This document shows, in pieces, positions 41,128 to 51,726 of a stretch of DNA of 64,000 nucleotides (position 1 is its first letter; every line of letters starts with the position of its first letter). This stretch comes from a virus: positions 1 to 64,000 of the IMG/VR virus record IMGVR_UViG_3300050026_000388, one strand, 5' to 3'. The position numbers and the translations under genes are program-made. Below the pieces are notes generated by a model. That model was not told where the DNA came from and did not search any database. It saw only the letters and a list, made by a program, of their open reading frames with translations.

Positions 41128-42249
41128 ATGGTTAAGATATACCCACATGGAATGGGGTGGAAACCTCAATTAAAAGATTTAAGAGACTATAAATTCACAG
41201 CGCGACCGGAACAAGTAGAAGCGCTACCCGCTAGCGCGGACATACGCGCGTATGACACACCAATATTAGACCAGGGAAATTTAGGAAGCTGCACGGCTAA
41301 CGCGGGCGTAGCAGTATTTATGTACCTACAGAAAAAGCGGCTAGGCACATTTACCCAAGGTTCGCGACTCTTTATTTACAAAAAAACCCGCGATATGGAA
41401 GGTGTGACAGGCGATGTTGGCGCAACCCTTAGAGACACCGCCAGCGAGATGGTTAAATACGGCGTACCCCCGGAATCCGAGTGGCCATATAACGAAGGTC
41501 AGTTCGACGTCGAGCCGTCGCCGGCAGTGGCAGCGGACGCTGCTAAAATGGAGTCAACTAACTACTACCTGTGCGACGGCTCTAATCCAAGCGCGACAAT
41601 CACCAACATAAAGGCCGCCGTGGCGACCGCAGGACTTCCGGTGATGTTCGGTTCGACGGTTTACGAATCAATCTTCAATACTGGCAGCAATGGTATGATA
41701 GCCAACCCCGGCGGCCAAGTAGCTGGCGGCCACGCGATGGCCATAATGGGATACGACGACCAGAGGCAATGCTTCTTGATTAAGAATTCGTGGGGCTTGG
41801 GATGGGGTGCACAAGGCTACGGTTGGATGGGCTACACCTACTGGACCTCGGGGCTTGCTTCGGATTGTTGGGTCGTCGCAGATGAGAGCGAACTGGATGG
41901 ACCCACCCCAACACCTACTCCAACGCCAACACCTACCCCAACGCCAAACCCTCATGTAGCGCCTGCAGGCTTCTCGCGTGGCTTTCACGCCGTTAGCCCC
42001 ACAAGCAAAACGGCCACGCTTGTCGGAAGCATGGTAGGCGCGGATAAAAAACCATTAGCGAACGGGCAAATTAATATCTATCGCGCGGGGCAGCACGCTA
42101 AGCCGTGGGTTGGGGTGGCCACACCCGTCAGTGATTCTGCAGGAAACTGGAATGCTACTGTACCGATAGTCACAGGAGCCAACTACTTCTGGCTTGTTGG
42201 AATCGATGGAAAGAATGGATACTGGACGCAGGACGTGGTGTGGATTTAG
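41128..42249 (+). CDS. Papain-family (C1A) cysteine peptidase with PT linker and C-terminal binding domain
   Basis: DQGNLGSCTAN (Q, C), GGHAM (H), KNSWG (N). Confidence 0.9.
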   Translation: MVKIYPHGMGWKPQLKDLRDYKFTARPEQVEALPASADIRAYDTPILDQGNLGSCTANAGVAVFMYLQKKRLGTFTQGSRLFIYKKTRDMEGVTGDVGATLRDTASEMVKYGVPPESEWPYNEGQFDVEPSPAVAADAAKMESTNYYLCDGSNPSATITNIKAAVATAGLPVMFGSTVYESIFNTGSNGMIANPGGQVAGGHAMAIMGYDDQRQCFLIKNSWGLGWGAQGYGWMGYTYWTSGLASDCWVVADESELDGPTPTPTPTPTPTPTPNPHVAPAGFSRGFHAVSPTSKTATLVGSMVGADKKPLANGQINIYRAGQHAKPWVGVATPVSDSAGNWNATVPIVTGANYFWLVGIDGKNGYWTQDVVWI

Positions 42250-42599
42250 GTAAGATGACAGAATACGATATGTGCCAAGAATGTGGCGGCTTATGCTGTG
42301 CTCTAGCAGAGAGTATCGAGTTTGGATACGAAGACAGACTCCGCATAGCAAATGAGTTTGGGATGACACCCGGAGAAGTGACGCAGCAGTTATCAGTCCC
42401 GACGTTGTGGAACGGTGAACGGCCTACGCGGAAGATGAAGTTTAGGCCGTGCATCTTTTGGTCGCAGGGACGCTGTGGGGTTCATAGCGTTAAGCCGAGT
42501 GCATGTGCCCAGTATGAACCAAAAGACCATTGCGATAAGCGTTACTTAAAAGCAGCAAAAAACGGTACGATTTTAATTGACGTGAGATACAGAGAATGA
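42240..42599 (+). CDS. YkgJ-family cysteine-cluster protein
   Basis: CQECGGLCC..PCIFW..CGVH..KP..C..Y. Confidence 0.8.
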   Translation: MDLGKMTEYDMCQECGGLCCALAESIEFGYEDRLRIANEFGMTPGEVTQQLSVPTLWNGERPTRKMKFRPCIFWSQGRCGVHSVKPSACAQYEPKDHCDKRYLKAAKNGTILIDVRYRE

Positions 42600-43318
42600 A
42601 CTACTACTGCTCGTGGTATGGGAAAGACGTGCAACCTACCGCAGAGACGTGCTTTTGGTTGTTCGGCCCCCGAGCCGCGTGCGATGCATACGTAGAACTG
42701 ACGCGCGGCAACGGAGACGGGCCGCGCTGCGCGTATTTGGTGCAGGTATACGGGGTAAAGCCTAGAGAAGAATGATAAACTACGACAACGTCATCCGGCT
42801 TACCGAGTGCCGCCGCTGCATGCTGCGGGCGGCCAGGAACCACGACCACTGCGAGGACTGTTCAATCACAAGGGATGCGCGGATATATATCGCGTTAAGA
42901 GAAAACGAGAGGAAAAAGAATGATTGGGAGTAGCGTAAGAGAAGCATTACTTGTCTTGTACGGTATGGCAATGGCGTCTGCAAGCACAGAAACCGCGCTA
43001 GCGCGGGTAGATAATTCCTATGGGACTATCTGCGATTACATTGAGTGGTCGGAGAAAAATAATGGTTGATAAATGGGACGAAGCGAGCCGTAAAGGGAAT
43101 GAAATACCAATACGGCCGGTAGACGACGAAAGCGGCCCGAAAATATTAGGGATGCCGGCTAAGACGGTCGTTCGTTTTATTGGGGGTCCTGATGGCCAAC
43201 CACAGATAGCGATACCATCCCAACCCGATAGTCGATGGGGTATGGTAGTCCTCACATTGGCGCTAGTATTCGCGTGGCTGTTCGGGATAATGTCGCAAGC
43301 ACTGTTCCATATCGTCTG

Positions 43319-43588
43319 ATGTGGCAGGATTTTTGCATACTCTCATTAAACCTAGTGTTTGGGTTCACATTAATACCTCAAGTACGTGAACTATACACAA
43401 AGAAGACTTCAATGAGCATCGCATCGTGTAGTATGACTTTCTCCGCTTTAATAATCCTTGGGGTTACGTATGCGACTCTTGGACTTTTGCTTGCAGTGTG
43501 TGGCAACCTACTCGACTTGGCGGCATGGGGCTCACTGTTGGGGTTATCAATTATACATCGTAATAGGGTGAAAAATGCCAATTTGTAA
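43319..43588 (+). CDS. PQ-loop (SemiSWEET-like) small membrane protein
   Basis: LIPQV after TM1, with three TM helices. Confidence 0.55.
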   Translation: MWQDFCILSLNLVFGFTLIPQVRELYTKKTSMSIASCSMTFSALIILGVTYATLGLLLAVCGNLLDLAAWGSLLGLSIIHRNRVKNANL

Positions 43589-44030
43589 GGGTAACTGTCA
43601 TTATCACTATGGTAAAGGTGAAGAGCGAGAAGACTTTAGTATAAACCCAGCTACAGGAGAACTATTTAAAACATGCGATGTATGTCGCAAATACTATAGT
43701 AAGCGGATGCAACAAACAGAGCGCAGAAGAGAAGAGCGGATACGAAGTAAGAATAAAAGCCACCAACTTAGGTACACCATTCTAATTTTCTACTCAGAAG
43801 GGCAAGGCCCACACATACCGCGCTGTGCGTGCTGTGGAGAAACAAGTGAAGAGTTTTTAGCTATTGACCACACTAATGGCGGCGGTAATAGACATAGGAA
43901 AGCAATTAACTTTAGTCCTATATACCAATGGCTTAAAAGCAACAAATATCCGATGGGTTACCGCGTGCTATGCCATGACTGTAATATGTCTTTCGCATTT
44001 TATGGATACTGCCCCCACGATAAAGAATAA
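43575..44030 (+). CDS. His-Me finger nuclease-like protein
   Basis: CACCGE..LAIDH..GG..RVLCHDCN. Confidence 0.7.
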   Translation: MPICKGNCHYHYGKGEEREDFSINPATGELFKTCDVCRKYYSKRMQQTERRREERIRSKNKSHQLRYTILIFYSEGQGPHIPRCACCGETSEEFLAIDHTNGGGNRHRKAINFSPIYQWLKSNKYPMGYRVLCHDCNMSFAFYGYCPHDKE

Positions 44031-44032
44031 AC

Positions 44033-45736
44033 ATGCCACCTAAGAAACCCAAACGCACCCCCGAACAAACCGCCCGCCTACGGCAGTTTGACGCTATGTT
44101 GCGCGCCTTCAAACGAGTCCAAATGAGGGTCGGCGCAGTTACTATCAACAATGCCATCAAAAAGGACAGGGGCAACATCAGTTCAATCTTATCACACGGC
44201 GACATCAACAGAATAAAACAGGAACTCAACCACTACTTCCGCGCGACATCGCCAGTGATATGGCGCAACGCGCTTAAACAAGTTTGGTTAGACGCCGGCG
44301 CGGCTAGCATTGAGCTACACCACTCATTCTTCACTGGTACAAAAAGTTCAACATATGATGATGAACTTGATATAGAACAAAAGGATTGGTGGGATTCTGA
44401 AGCCGATGAATGGGCACCCCTACCGGAATTTGACTTCTTTACTAACGTTACTAAAGCCGCCGACCCACCCGATACATGGGCGCAGTCGGTTGATGATTAC
44501 CTTCGCGGAAACGGAGCTGGAAGGGCGGACGGGATTAGTTCAACAACCGGCGACCAAGTGATGAACGCGATAGCAGACGGCGTGGCTGCCGGCGAACCAA
44601 CACGAGACGTAGCAGCCCGCGTGGAGTCGCAACTTGACGAGACGTGGCCGGGACGCGCAGACACCATCGCGCGCACGGAAACCGCGGCGGCAACGAATCA
44701 GGCTTCTTTAGAGGACGCGAAGGCAACTGTTCCAGGAATGAATAAGACGTGGATATGCTCGTTTGTAAACTCAAGAGAATGGCACCAAGATGCCGACGGC
44801 CAGAGTGTGCCGCTTGAAGAGCCGTTCATCGTGATGGAAGAAGAGTTAGACGTCCCAGGCGACCCTAGTGGCGAACCGGAAAATGTGATTAATTGTATGT
44901 GCTCGGTTGGCTACGAGTCGCCAAGCGGCGAAGAAGTTGGCGAAGGTGAAGAAGCTGCAGCCCCAGAACTCACTGATGAGCAAACAGCTCAGCTTGCGGA
45001 TATGTTCGACCAGTTAGCCGCCGGCGAGGGCGAGCTGACTCCTGAAGAAGGTACAAATATAGCTGATGGCATAAGTAGTATTATGGGTACATCGGCAGAG
45101 GGCGCACCAGAAACATACACAGATTATAAAGACGCATATAATGCGTTTCAACAGTACGCTGATGACACCCTAACAAAGGATGAGCGGAAACTTGTAACAG
45201 ATTACACCATACGCGAGTTCCAGCCAATCAACTACTTTTTGCGCTACGGAGGGAAAGCCGGCTGGGGACCAGACTTAACTGCGGACATTGAAGCTGAAGC
45301 TAATAGTATGGTTGGAATAATACAAAACGCCCCACAATTTGAAGGAACAGTTTATAGGGCGGTATGGACCCCATACATTAGCGATTTTTATACACAGCTA
45401 CAAAGTGCGCAAGTCGGTGATGAGCTTTCGTTTGCTGGAATAACTTCAACGTCGGCCGAACCCGATACGATGGGTAATATTTTAGAGGCCATGAAGCAAA
45501 GTGGAGTTACCGGAAACAATCAAATTTATTATACAATAGAAGATGCTAAAGGAGCCGTTATACAACCCTTAAGTGGAATGCCGCAGGAAAATTTAAATGA
45601 GGTAGTACTCAATGACGGTGTGAAAGGAGAGATAACTAACATTAAAGAAGTACAAGACGTAGAAGGGCGCACACAATGGCCAAATCACCCAAGTAATTGG
45701 AAGGATAAGTTGTATATAACTGTGAAGATGTTGTAG
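44033..45736 (+). CDS. MuF/SPP1-gp7 minor head protein with C-terminal ADP-ribosyltransferase domain
   Basis: IARTET..KTW..REWH..DG..PGDP..VINCMC (MuF). INYFLR..VYR..TSTS..NEVVL (R-S-E clade ART). Confidence 0.85.
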   Translation: MPPKKPKRTPEQTARLRQFDAMLRAFKRVQMRVGAVTINNAIKKDRGNISSILSHGDINRIKQELNHYFRATSPVIWRNALKQVWLDAGAASIELHHSFFTGTKSSTYDDELDIEQKDWWDSEADEWAPLPEFDFFTNVTKAADPPDTWAQSVDDYLRGNGAGRADGISSTTGDQVMNAIADGVAAGEPTRDVAARVESQLDETWPGRADTIARTETAAATNQASLEDAKATVPGMNKTWICSFVNSREWHQDADGQSVPLEEPFIVMEEELDVPGDPSGEPENVINCMCSVGYESPSGEEVGEGEEAAAPELTDEQTAQLADMFDQLAAGEGELTPEEGTNIADGISSIMGTSAEGAPETYTDYKDAYNAFQQYADDTLTKDERKLVTDYTIREFQPINYFLRYGGKAGWGPDLTADIEAEANSMVGIIQNAPQFEGTVYRAVWTPYISDFYTQLQSAQVGDELSFAGITSTSAEPDTMGNILEAMKQSGVTGNNQIYYTIEDAKGAVIQPLSGMPQENLNEVVLNDGVKGEITNIKEVQDVEGRTQWPNHPSNWKDKLYITVKML

Positions 45737-45750
45737 CAGGAGACGTAATA

Positions 45751-45864
45751 ATGCCAAAAACTAAAAAGTTGACTGAAAAGGAAAAATTAGAGCTTGCCGC
45801 GGCGCAGAGATTTACTGACAGTGAGGGTATAACTTTAGTTCCAAAAAAGAAGGCCAAAAAATGA
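45751..45864 (+). CDS. 37-aa basic peptide, candidate ART partner/immunity
   Basis: GGAG SD, then MPKTKKLTEKEKLELAAAQRFTDSEGITLVPKKKAKK. Confidence 0.45.
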   Translation: MPKTKKLTEKEKLELAAAQRFTDSEGITLVPKKKAKK

Positions 45865-46176
45865 AAGACAACCTATGCGAAGCAATGCTGCGCCCCTGCG
45901 ACGCCATCCGCGGCGGCAGTGAGTGTCAGATGTGCCAGATGACTTACCTAGTAAAAGAGTTGAGAAAGATAAAGGACGAATTAAAACTACTGAACACACG
46001 GCTCTTTCCAACCCCCTATAAAGAATCGGACTTTAGTAATACCCAAACGGCAAACACTGAATGGAGGGGTACACACTGGTATACGCCGAGTGATGGGCAA
46101 TGGCAGTACCCAAAGAAAGACGAGTAAACACCTAAGCGCCTAATCGCAACCATATTTACCGTAATCATAATCATCA

Positions 46177-46965
46177 ATGACACGAAGAAACGAACGTGTA
46201 GAATTTAGGGAATGTATTATCTGTGGGTTTTGGGTAGTATCTAACCTAGTAGGATATCGGCGCGGGTTAGTTTATTGCCCTAGCTGTCGAGATGTTCTTA
46301 CGCGGAAGAAGAACGCGTTGATATGGGATAAAAATAGGCCAAAGTATTATGCGGCCATGGCTATAAAAGCAAAGGAAAAGTGGGCTGCAATTAAAGCTTC
46401 AGCAAAACCTAAGCTAATAAAATGTGGTATATGTGGGAAGATTATAATACAAAATTCTGGTAACCATAAGTACTGTAATGATTGTAAGACCGAATCACGC
46501 CGCAGGAACAGTAAAAACTGGCGGACAAAGAACCCAAAACAATATAGAGCTCTTAATCGAAAGCGGAGATTAGAAGACCCAGAATCTGAAAGAAAACGTA
46601 GTAGAGTATACTGCCATCAGAACTTAGATAAGTATAGGATATATGCACATAATCGCCGCGCACGGATAGAAGGCAATGGCGGCACACATACAATTCAAGA
46701 ATTGAACAACTTATTTAAAGAGCAAGATGACCTCTGTTATTACTGCGGCACCAGCATTTTTAGAAATGTTAGGAAATCATATCATATAGACCATAAACTC
46801 CCGTTATCACGGGGTGGGTCTAATGACATTCACAATATAGTCTTAACGTGTCCAGCGTGTAATTGGAAAAAGAGGACACTTACAGATATTGAATTTTTAT
46901 CTCTATATGAAAAAAATGAAGAGGACACAAACTCTGGAACCAAAGTTGGTTCGACAAATCAATGA
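46177..46965 (+). CDS. HNH endonuclease
   Basis: HNRRARIEGNGG..CYYCG..HIDHKLPLSRGG..CPACN. Confidence 0.88.
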   Translation: MTRRNERVEFRECIICGFWVVSNLVGYRRGLVYCPSCRDVLTRKKNALIWDKNRPKYYAAMAIKAKEKWAAIKASAKPKLIKCGICGKIIIQNSGNHKYCNDCKTESRRRNSKNWRTKNPKQYRALNRKRRLEDPESERKRSRVYCHQNLDKYRIYAHNRRARIEGNGGTHTIQELNNLFKEQDDLCYYCGTSIFRNVRKSYHIDHKLPLSRGGSNDIHNIVLTCPACNWKKRTLTDIEFLSLYEKNEEDTNSGTKVGSTNQ

Positions 46966-47428
46966 ATTTTTCACGGCCACCGAACAGCACGCCTGCGCCA
47001 TCCGCCTCCGCCAACCCTCTCCGTTCGGTTCCTACCAGCCGTGCGACGTCCTGGTTTTATCATCATTATCACAGTACAGATTGGCCATCGAGTGCAAGAG
47101 CGTGCTTGAGCCGGCCGCCGATAAACTGTATTTCAGCAGCCACTTCACCACCGATGCCAAAGGCGTACACCAAATCACCCGAATAACCGGATTCTGTGGG
47201 GAGTCGGGGATGCGGGGAATCCTCGCCGTCGAACTGCGGAATGGTGTGAAAGGCGCGAAGAGTGCGGTGCATTTCGTTCCATGGCGAGTTGTCTATCGTA
47301 CGTATAATGACGGCGAGAAAGGTATCCAATATGAAACCGTGCGCGAGTGGCCGCAATTTCGCAGGGTTCGTGGGGTGTTAAATCTTGACTCCTGCCTGGA
47401 AGAGCTACAATATTCCCTAGACGAGTAG
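46889..47428 (+). CDS. Holliday junction resolvase (Hjc-like)
   Basis: TLE..AIRL..PCDVLV..LAIECKS..HQ. Confidence 0.65.
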   Translation: MNFYLYMKKMKRTQTLEPKLVRQINEFFTATEQHACAIRLRQPSPFGSYQPCDVLVLSSLSQYRLAIECKSVLEPAADKLYFSSHFTTDAKGVHQITRITGFCGESGMRGILAVELRNGVKGAKSAVHFVPWRVVYRTYNDGEKGIQYETVREWPQFRRVRGVLNLDSCLEELQYSLDE

Positions 47429-47452
47429 CTCTTTAGAGCTTTAGAGTTGAGA

Positions 47453-47466
47453 TTAACCAGTGTCAA
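47453..47466. promoter_or_regulatory. Operator TTAACCAGTGTCAA
   Basis: Intergenic, upstream of TATAAATA at ~47503. Confidence 0.65.
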
Positions 47467-48766
47467 TTCCCACCTAGCTGTGCGTATCAAAACGTAGGCA
47501 ACTATAAATACCATAGTGTGTATGTTACTCTTGTTAAAACATAGTTAACAGGAGTTGAACAATATGCAAAAAACCGTGAGCCGCGCCGAAAGGCTTGGGT
47601 CATTATCGGAAACCGAACTAGAGAATCTGTATAATTTACTCAGCTATGGATACTTCGACGAACGGGCGCTTAAACTCGACGTTCAGCGCGAGATACAGAG
47701 GCGGCATAAGCCGACGTATGCAGAAGCGTGGAAGGCACAAGTTGAAGCTATGGGGAACAAACAATGAAGGCATACGTGCAGGCCGCGGCCGCGCTCATAA
47801 TGTTGACGATAGCGGCTGTGTTCCTCTCGATAGTAGAATTGGTTACGGGGCAAAAGCCGGTAGAAGGAGATGAGCATTGTGCTTATAGCTGGATTATATA
47901 ACCTAAACGAATTGGAACAAATCAAGCGCGCGGTCGAAGAGGTTGACGAGCATGTTTGTTTCGCCACTGAGATAGCTCCCGGACACTTTAATATCGAAAC
48001 GATAAGCGGCAGCGGCACGCGCTCGCGCGCGGCTAAGGTAGTTGGCGACACGGTTGAGGTGTTCTAAAATTCTGAAGTTGGAGATAAAAAAATGAACGCT
48101 AAACTTTTTTGTAGAAGCGCCAATAAGGGTTGTGATTTAGGAGATATCTTAGAATATCACGAAGGCGACTGGAACTATAAAAGGGCTTTAGTAAGGGTCA
48201 CCGATTGGGATACGCTTGTAATAGTCGCTAAGAAAACAAGCCATCCTGAACAGATGATAGAATATTACAGTGCTGGCGGAATACGGATGGTTGTTGAAAC
48301 CGTTGGTGACGGTCAGTTTAAAAATTGCGGGATTGAAAAAGGAAGATGATGCGTGCAAATGACAGAAGAACCAGAACCGTATAAATGTGAAATATGTGGT
48401 GAGTCTACGAACAATAACACGATGAGCGGACATTGGACGTGTTATAAGTGTCACTCTAAAGCGAAAAAACGCGGTTGGTGATGGTAAAAAATGAACACAA
48501 CACCGCAACTAATAGTAATGTTCGCGCCAGCAATGGTGCTACTCACGCTGTATATCGTTGTAATAACGCTCGACGCAATTGTAGGGAGAATTTCGATATG
48601 GAACAAAACAAACGTAAAGGAATCATGGTCCCTATAGAGGCCCATGAATGGCTATTGAATAAAGTGAGAGAGGTACAAGGGACGCAACCCATGAACCGCG
48701 TCACGCTTGGTGACGTTGTACTCGACGTGATTCGCGCGGTTGAAGACTATGAATAGGTGATTAAAA

Positions 48767-49054
48767 ATGTCAGAAGAAAAACTACCAGGCATGAAGAGGG
48801 TATGGCTGGCTGCGCTTCTCGGAATACTAATTGTCGGCGTCGGACATATGTATCTCGGCGAGTGGGGTAAAGGAATTGGGATTCTCATAGTGGCACTGAT
48901 ACTATCAGCCGCAACGGGAGGAATACTCGCGCCTGTGATGTGGATTATCAGTTGCGTGTGGGCATACTCAGACGCAAAGAAGCTCAACGCGGCGATAATC
49001 GCAAAGGCACGACACGATGACGCGCAGACATATAATAGAGAGGTTACCGCATGA
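48767..49054 (+). CDS. TM2-domain membrane protein
   Basis: LAALLG..GVGHMYLG..KG. Confidence 0.75.
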   Translation: MSEEKLPGMKRVWLAALLGILIVGVGHMYLGEWGKGIGILIVALILSAATGGILAPVMWIISCVWAYSDAKKLNAAIIAKARHDDAQTYNREVTA

Positions 49055-49581
49055 GAAATTTGTATAAAATATCGGCAATCATTTGCATCGTCTTTGTGCT
49101 GGCTGTAGGTGTGACGGGCTGCGTCACATCAAACCCAAGTCAGCAATCAACACCAGTTACGCAAGCAACACCAGTGCCAACAGCAGTCGCCGCTGCGCCG
49201 ACCACAACGCCAACCGCAGCAGACACCACAAGTCTAACCAAGTTGACGCCAGACCAGCTAGCTACAATAGACAACTCAATGGTGAGCCAAGGATATACAG
49301 TAGTCAAGCCGCTAGTATTTGTTGAGACAACAGGGAACGGCTGGTATATGTACCAGGCAACCTACACCAAGGACGGCCTAAGTTACGGTGCCAATGTGAT
49401 ACAGACAGACAGCAACGCACACGCCATAGCGGAAATGCCACACCAAACAAGCCTTGTAGAACAGATGGGCTTTACTGGTAGCATTGGTTCAGATGGCCAC
49501 TGGATTGGGTCTGATGACAACGGTTCAAGTGCTGCAATAGGGGTATACGGAACGAACGTCATTGTGATGTTCGCAGAGTAG
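49051..49581 (+). CDS. Archaeal-type lipoprotein
   Basis: Lipobox VGVTGC and a Thr/Pro-rich stalk. Confidence 0.7.
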   Translation: MRNLYKISAIICIVFVLAVGVTGCVTSNPSQQSTPVTQATPVPTAVAAAPTTTPTAADTTSLTKLTPDQLATIDNSMVSQGYTVVKPLVFVETTGNGWYMYQATYTKDGLSYGANVIQTDSNAHAIAEMPHQTSLVEQMGFTGSIGSDGHWIGSDDNGSSAAIGVYGTNVIVMFAE

Positions 49582-49784
49582 GGGGTAAACCCCTTTTCCT
49601 CTGCAGTGAGGGTGAAGAAATGTGGTGTACAAAACAAGAGCGAGAAGAAAATAAATACTGTAAAAAGTGTGAATGCTTTGAGTTTCAAGAACCGGACATA
49701 GTAGGTGATACTTATTGTATATGGCTCAGTCCAGCAAAAGGAATTGATTTAATATTTGTTTAGAAGAAAGCGAGGGGTAGGAAA

Positions 49785-49982
49785 ATGGTAGAAGCAAACG
49801 AAGAAAAATATTATCTTACAGTTAAAGACGTTTCCGTGATTCTGCAGGTGAGTACGATGCACGTTTACCGCCTGCTTCATAGCGGTAAAATTCCTTATAC
49901 TAAAGTAGTCGGTGAGCGTTCATACCGCATACCGCGAGAGCCGTTCTTCCGCTGGCTTGCGGGGGGGCTCGTACAGTCATAG
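49785..49982 (+). CDS. Excisionase-like HTH_17 DNA-binding protein
   Basis: YLTVKDVS.ILQVS..HVYRL..GKIP..RIP. Confidence 0.85.
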   Translation: MVEANEEKYYLTVKDVSVILQVSTMHVYRLLHSGKIPYTKVVGERSYRIPREPFFRWLAGGLVQS

Positions 49983-50310
49983 GGATATTGAAGCGAGGAG
50001 TCAAGGAGCAACGAAATAATGTACTGCTATATGGAAGAAAAAGGCATACCAGCCATCTCATGTGATGACCTCACCTGTGGGTGGCGCGCGCTCTGTAGCG
50101 CGTTAAACGATTTGAACTTGCGGGTAAGAAAGATAGAGGAAGGCCGCCGCGAGACATGATAAAGAAGCACAAGGCCACGGAGAACGAAAAGCGCAGGGAC
50201 AAGGAAGCGAAGGTTTACAAGTATATGATGAATGGGTTTAGCCAGCGTGATGCTGAATTACTCGCGGATGCAGAACTCTCGTTAGAAGATGGGGAGAAAC
50301 TGAAAACGGA

Positions 50311-50634
50311 ATGACAACATCCGGAAGCCTACTCCTATCCACGTTCACGCGGAACGCTAAATGGTCGCAGGTTCAAAAGAAGTTCCTGAAGCTCAATGGT
50401 GAGTGTGCAGTATGCGGCGCGCGGAAGCGGTTAGAAGCACACCATATCCGGCCACACCACGTATTCCCGGAGCTTGAACTTGATGTTGATAATCTTATAA
50501 CCTTATGCTCGGCCCACCACCTTTCATTTGGGCATCTGATGAGCTATAAAAGTTATAACGTAAACGTAGTAGAAGACGCTAAAATCTGGCGGGCAAAAAT
50601 AGCGGCCCGACCTAAGTGGAGACAACTCCTTTAA
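50311..50634 (+). CDS. Small HNH endonuclease
   Basis: CAVCG..EAHHI..NLITLC..HH. Confidence 0.8.
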   Translation: MTTSGSLLLSTFTRNAKWSQVQKKFLKLNGECAVCGARKRLEAHHIRPHHVFPELELDVDNLITLCSAHHLSFGHLMSYKSYNVNVVEDAKIWRAKIAARPKWRQLL

Positions 50635-50646
50635 AGCTTTAAAATC

Positions 50647-51726
50647 ATGTGGATAATCTTTCTCGCGGAGCTGTGCTGGGCCATGTTCACGGTCTTTGTG
50701 GTAATGGGTATGATTGCTCAGTTATATAAGCCAAAACACACTTATTACAAAGCCAAAAACGTGGAGTGTGTAATAGTCACAATAGCTTCAGAGGGGGTTA
50801 GGAACTGTTTGTTTGAATGCATTGAGCATCACCGAAAGATGTTTAAAAATCTGGCTGTCTTGCTGGATGAAGGAAGCGCATTACTTCCAGAATTATGGTG
50901 GTTGGGGGTTCCATTAATAATCGTTCCAAAACATTATCGTCCAGATTTGGTGGGTAAAGGCCGCGCAATGAATTATGCAATCGAGACGCACGTTGGAAAC
51001 GAGGGTTGGGTGTGCTTTTTGGATGACGACAATCTAGTTTTGTCAGATGATTTTCTTTATGAGATTCCTTGGTATGACGCCAAGGGGTACGTCGCTATGA
51101 GCCCCACCATCGTGCCTCGCAAGGCCAAGAGCACAATGGCGTTTGTCATGGATTGGATAAGAGTATTCGACGGAATTATTCTATACCGGCTCTTTACTGG
51201 ATTGTGTAAAACCCCACTATTGGGGCTCTATGGTGAACTACTCACCGTAAAATGGAAAACATTAAAAGAAATAGGCTTTGGAGAACGCTCTACGGTAGAA
51301 GATTTCAAGTTCGCATCGCAGATTGTTAGACGTGGATATAAAACATGGCAAAGCGCGAGCAAGGTATCGGTAAAATCTGCGAACTCAGTTAAAGACCTCA
51401 TGCGGCAAAGAGGCCGCTGGTACAAAGGGATAATGATGGATGTTGACTCATGTCCGTTTTTAATGCGGTTTTTCGTTAGTCTGAGAATGGCGATGTGGAC
51501 GATTGGGTTGTTTGGTTCGTGGGTTTTTATTTTATTCTGGTATAATGCAAACGCTGTCTGGGCGTTGCCTGCTGGAGCCGTTTACTTTGGTGTTTACATT
51601 TACGGCGCGTATAAAGCCGATGCACTACGATATATTTTTGCAATACCAGTATTTGGCATAATCGAATGTTCTTCTATATTTGTAGGATTAAAGAGTAACG
51701 GCTTCACGGTCATAGATAAAAGCTAA
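50647..51726 (+). CDS. Membrane GT2 glycosyltransferase
   Basis: GKGRAMNY, FLDDD, VED, RQRGRW and flanking TM helices. Confidence 0.88.
   Translation: MWIIFLAELCWAMFTVFVVMGMIAQLYKPKHTYYKAKNVECVIVTIASEGVRNCLFECIEHHRKMFKNLAVLLDEGSALLPELWWLGVPLIIVPKHYRPDLVGKGRAMNYAIETHVGNEGWVCFLDDDNLVLSDDFLYEIPWYDAKGYVAMSPTIVPRKAKSTMAFVMDWIRVFDGIILYRLFTGLCKTPLLGLYGELLTVKWKTLKEIGFGERSTVEDFKFASQIVRRGYKTWQSASKVSVKSANSVKDLMRQRGRWYKGIMMDVDSCPFLMRFFVSLRMAMWTIGLFGSWVFILFWYNANAVWALPAGAVYFGVYIYGAYKADALRYIFAIPVFGIIECSSIFVGLKSNGFTVIDKS

Noticed and set aside
49785-49982. Integration module implied by the Xis-like gene
   Set aside because: No integrase or att site was found nearby, and HTH_17 proteins are often plain regulators.
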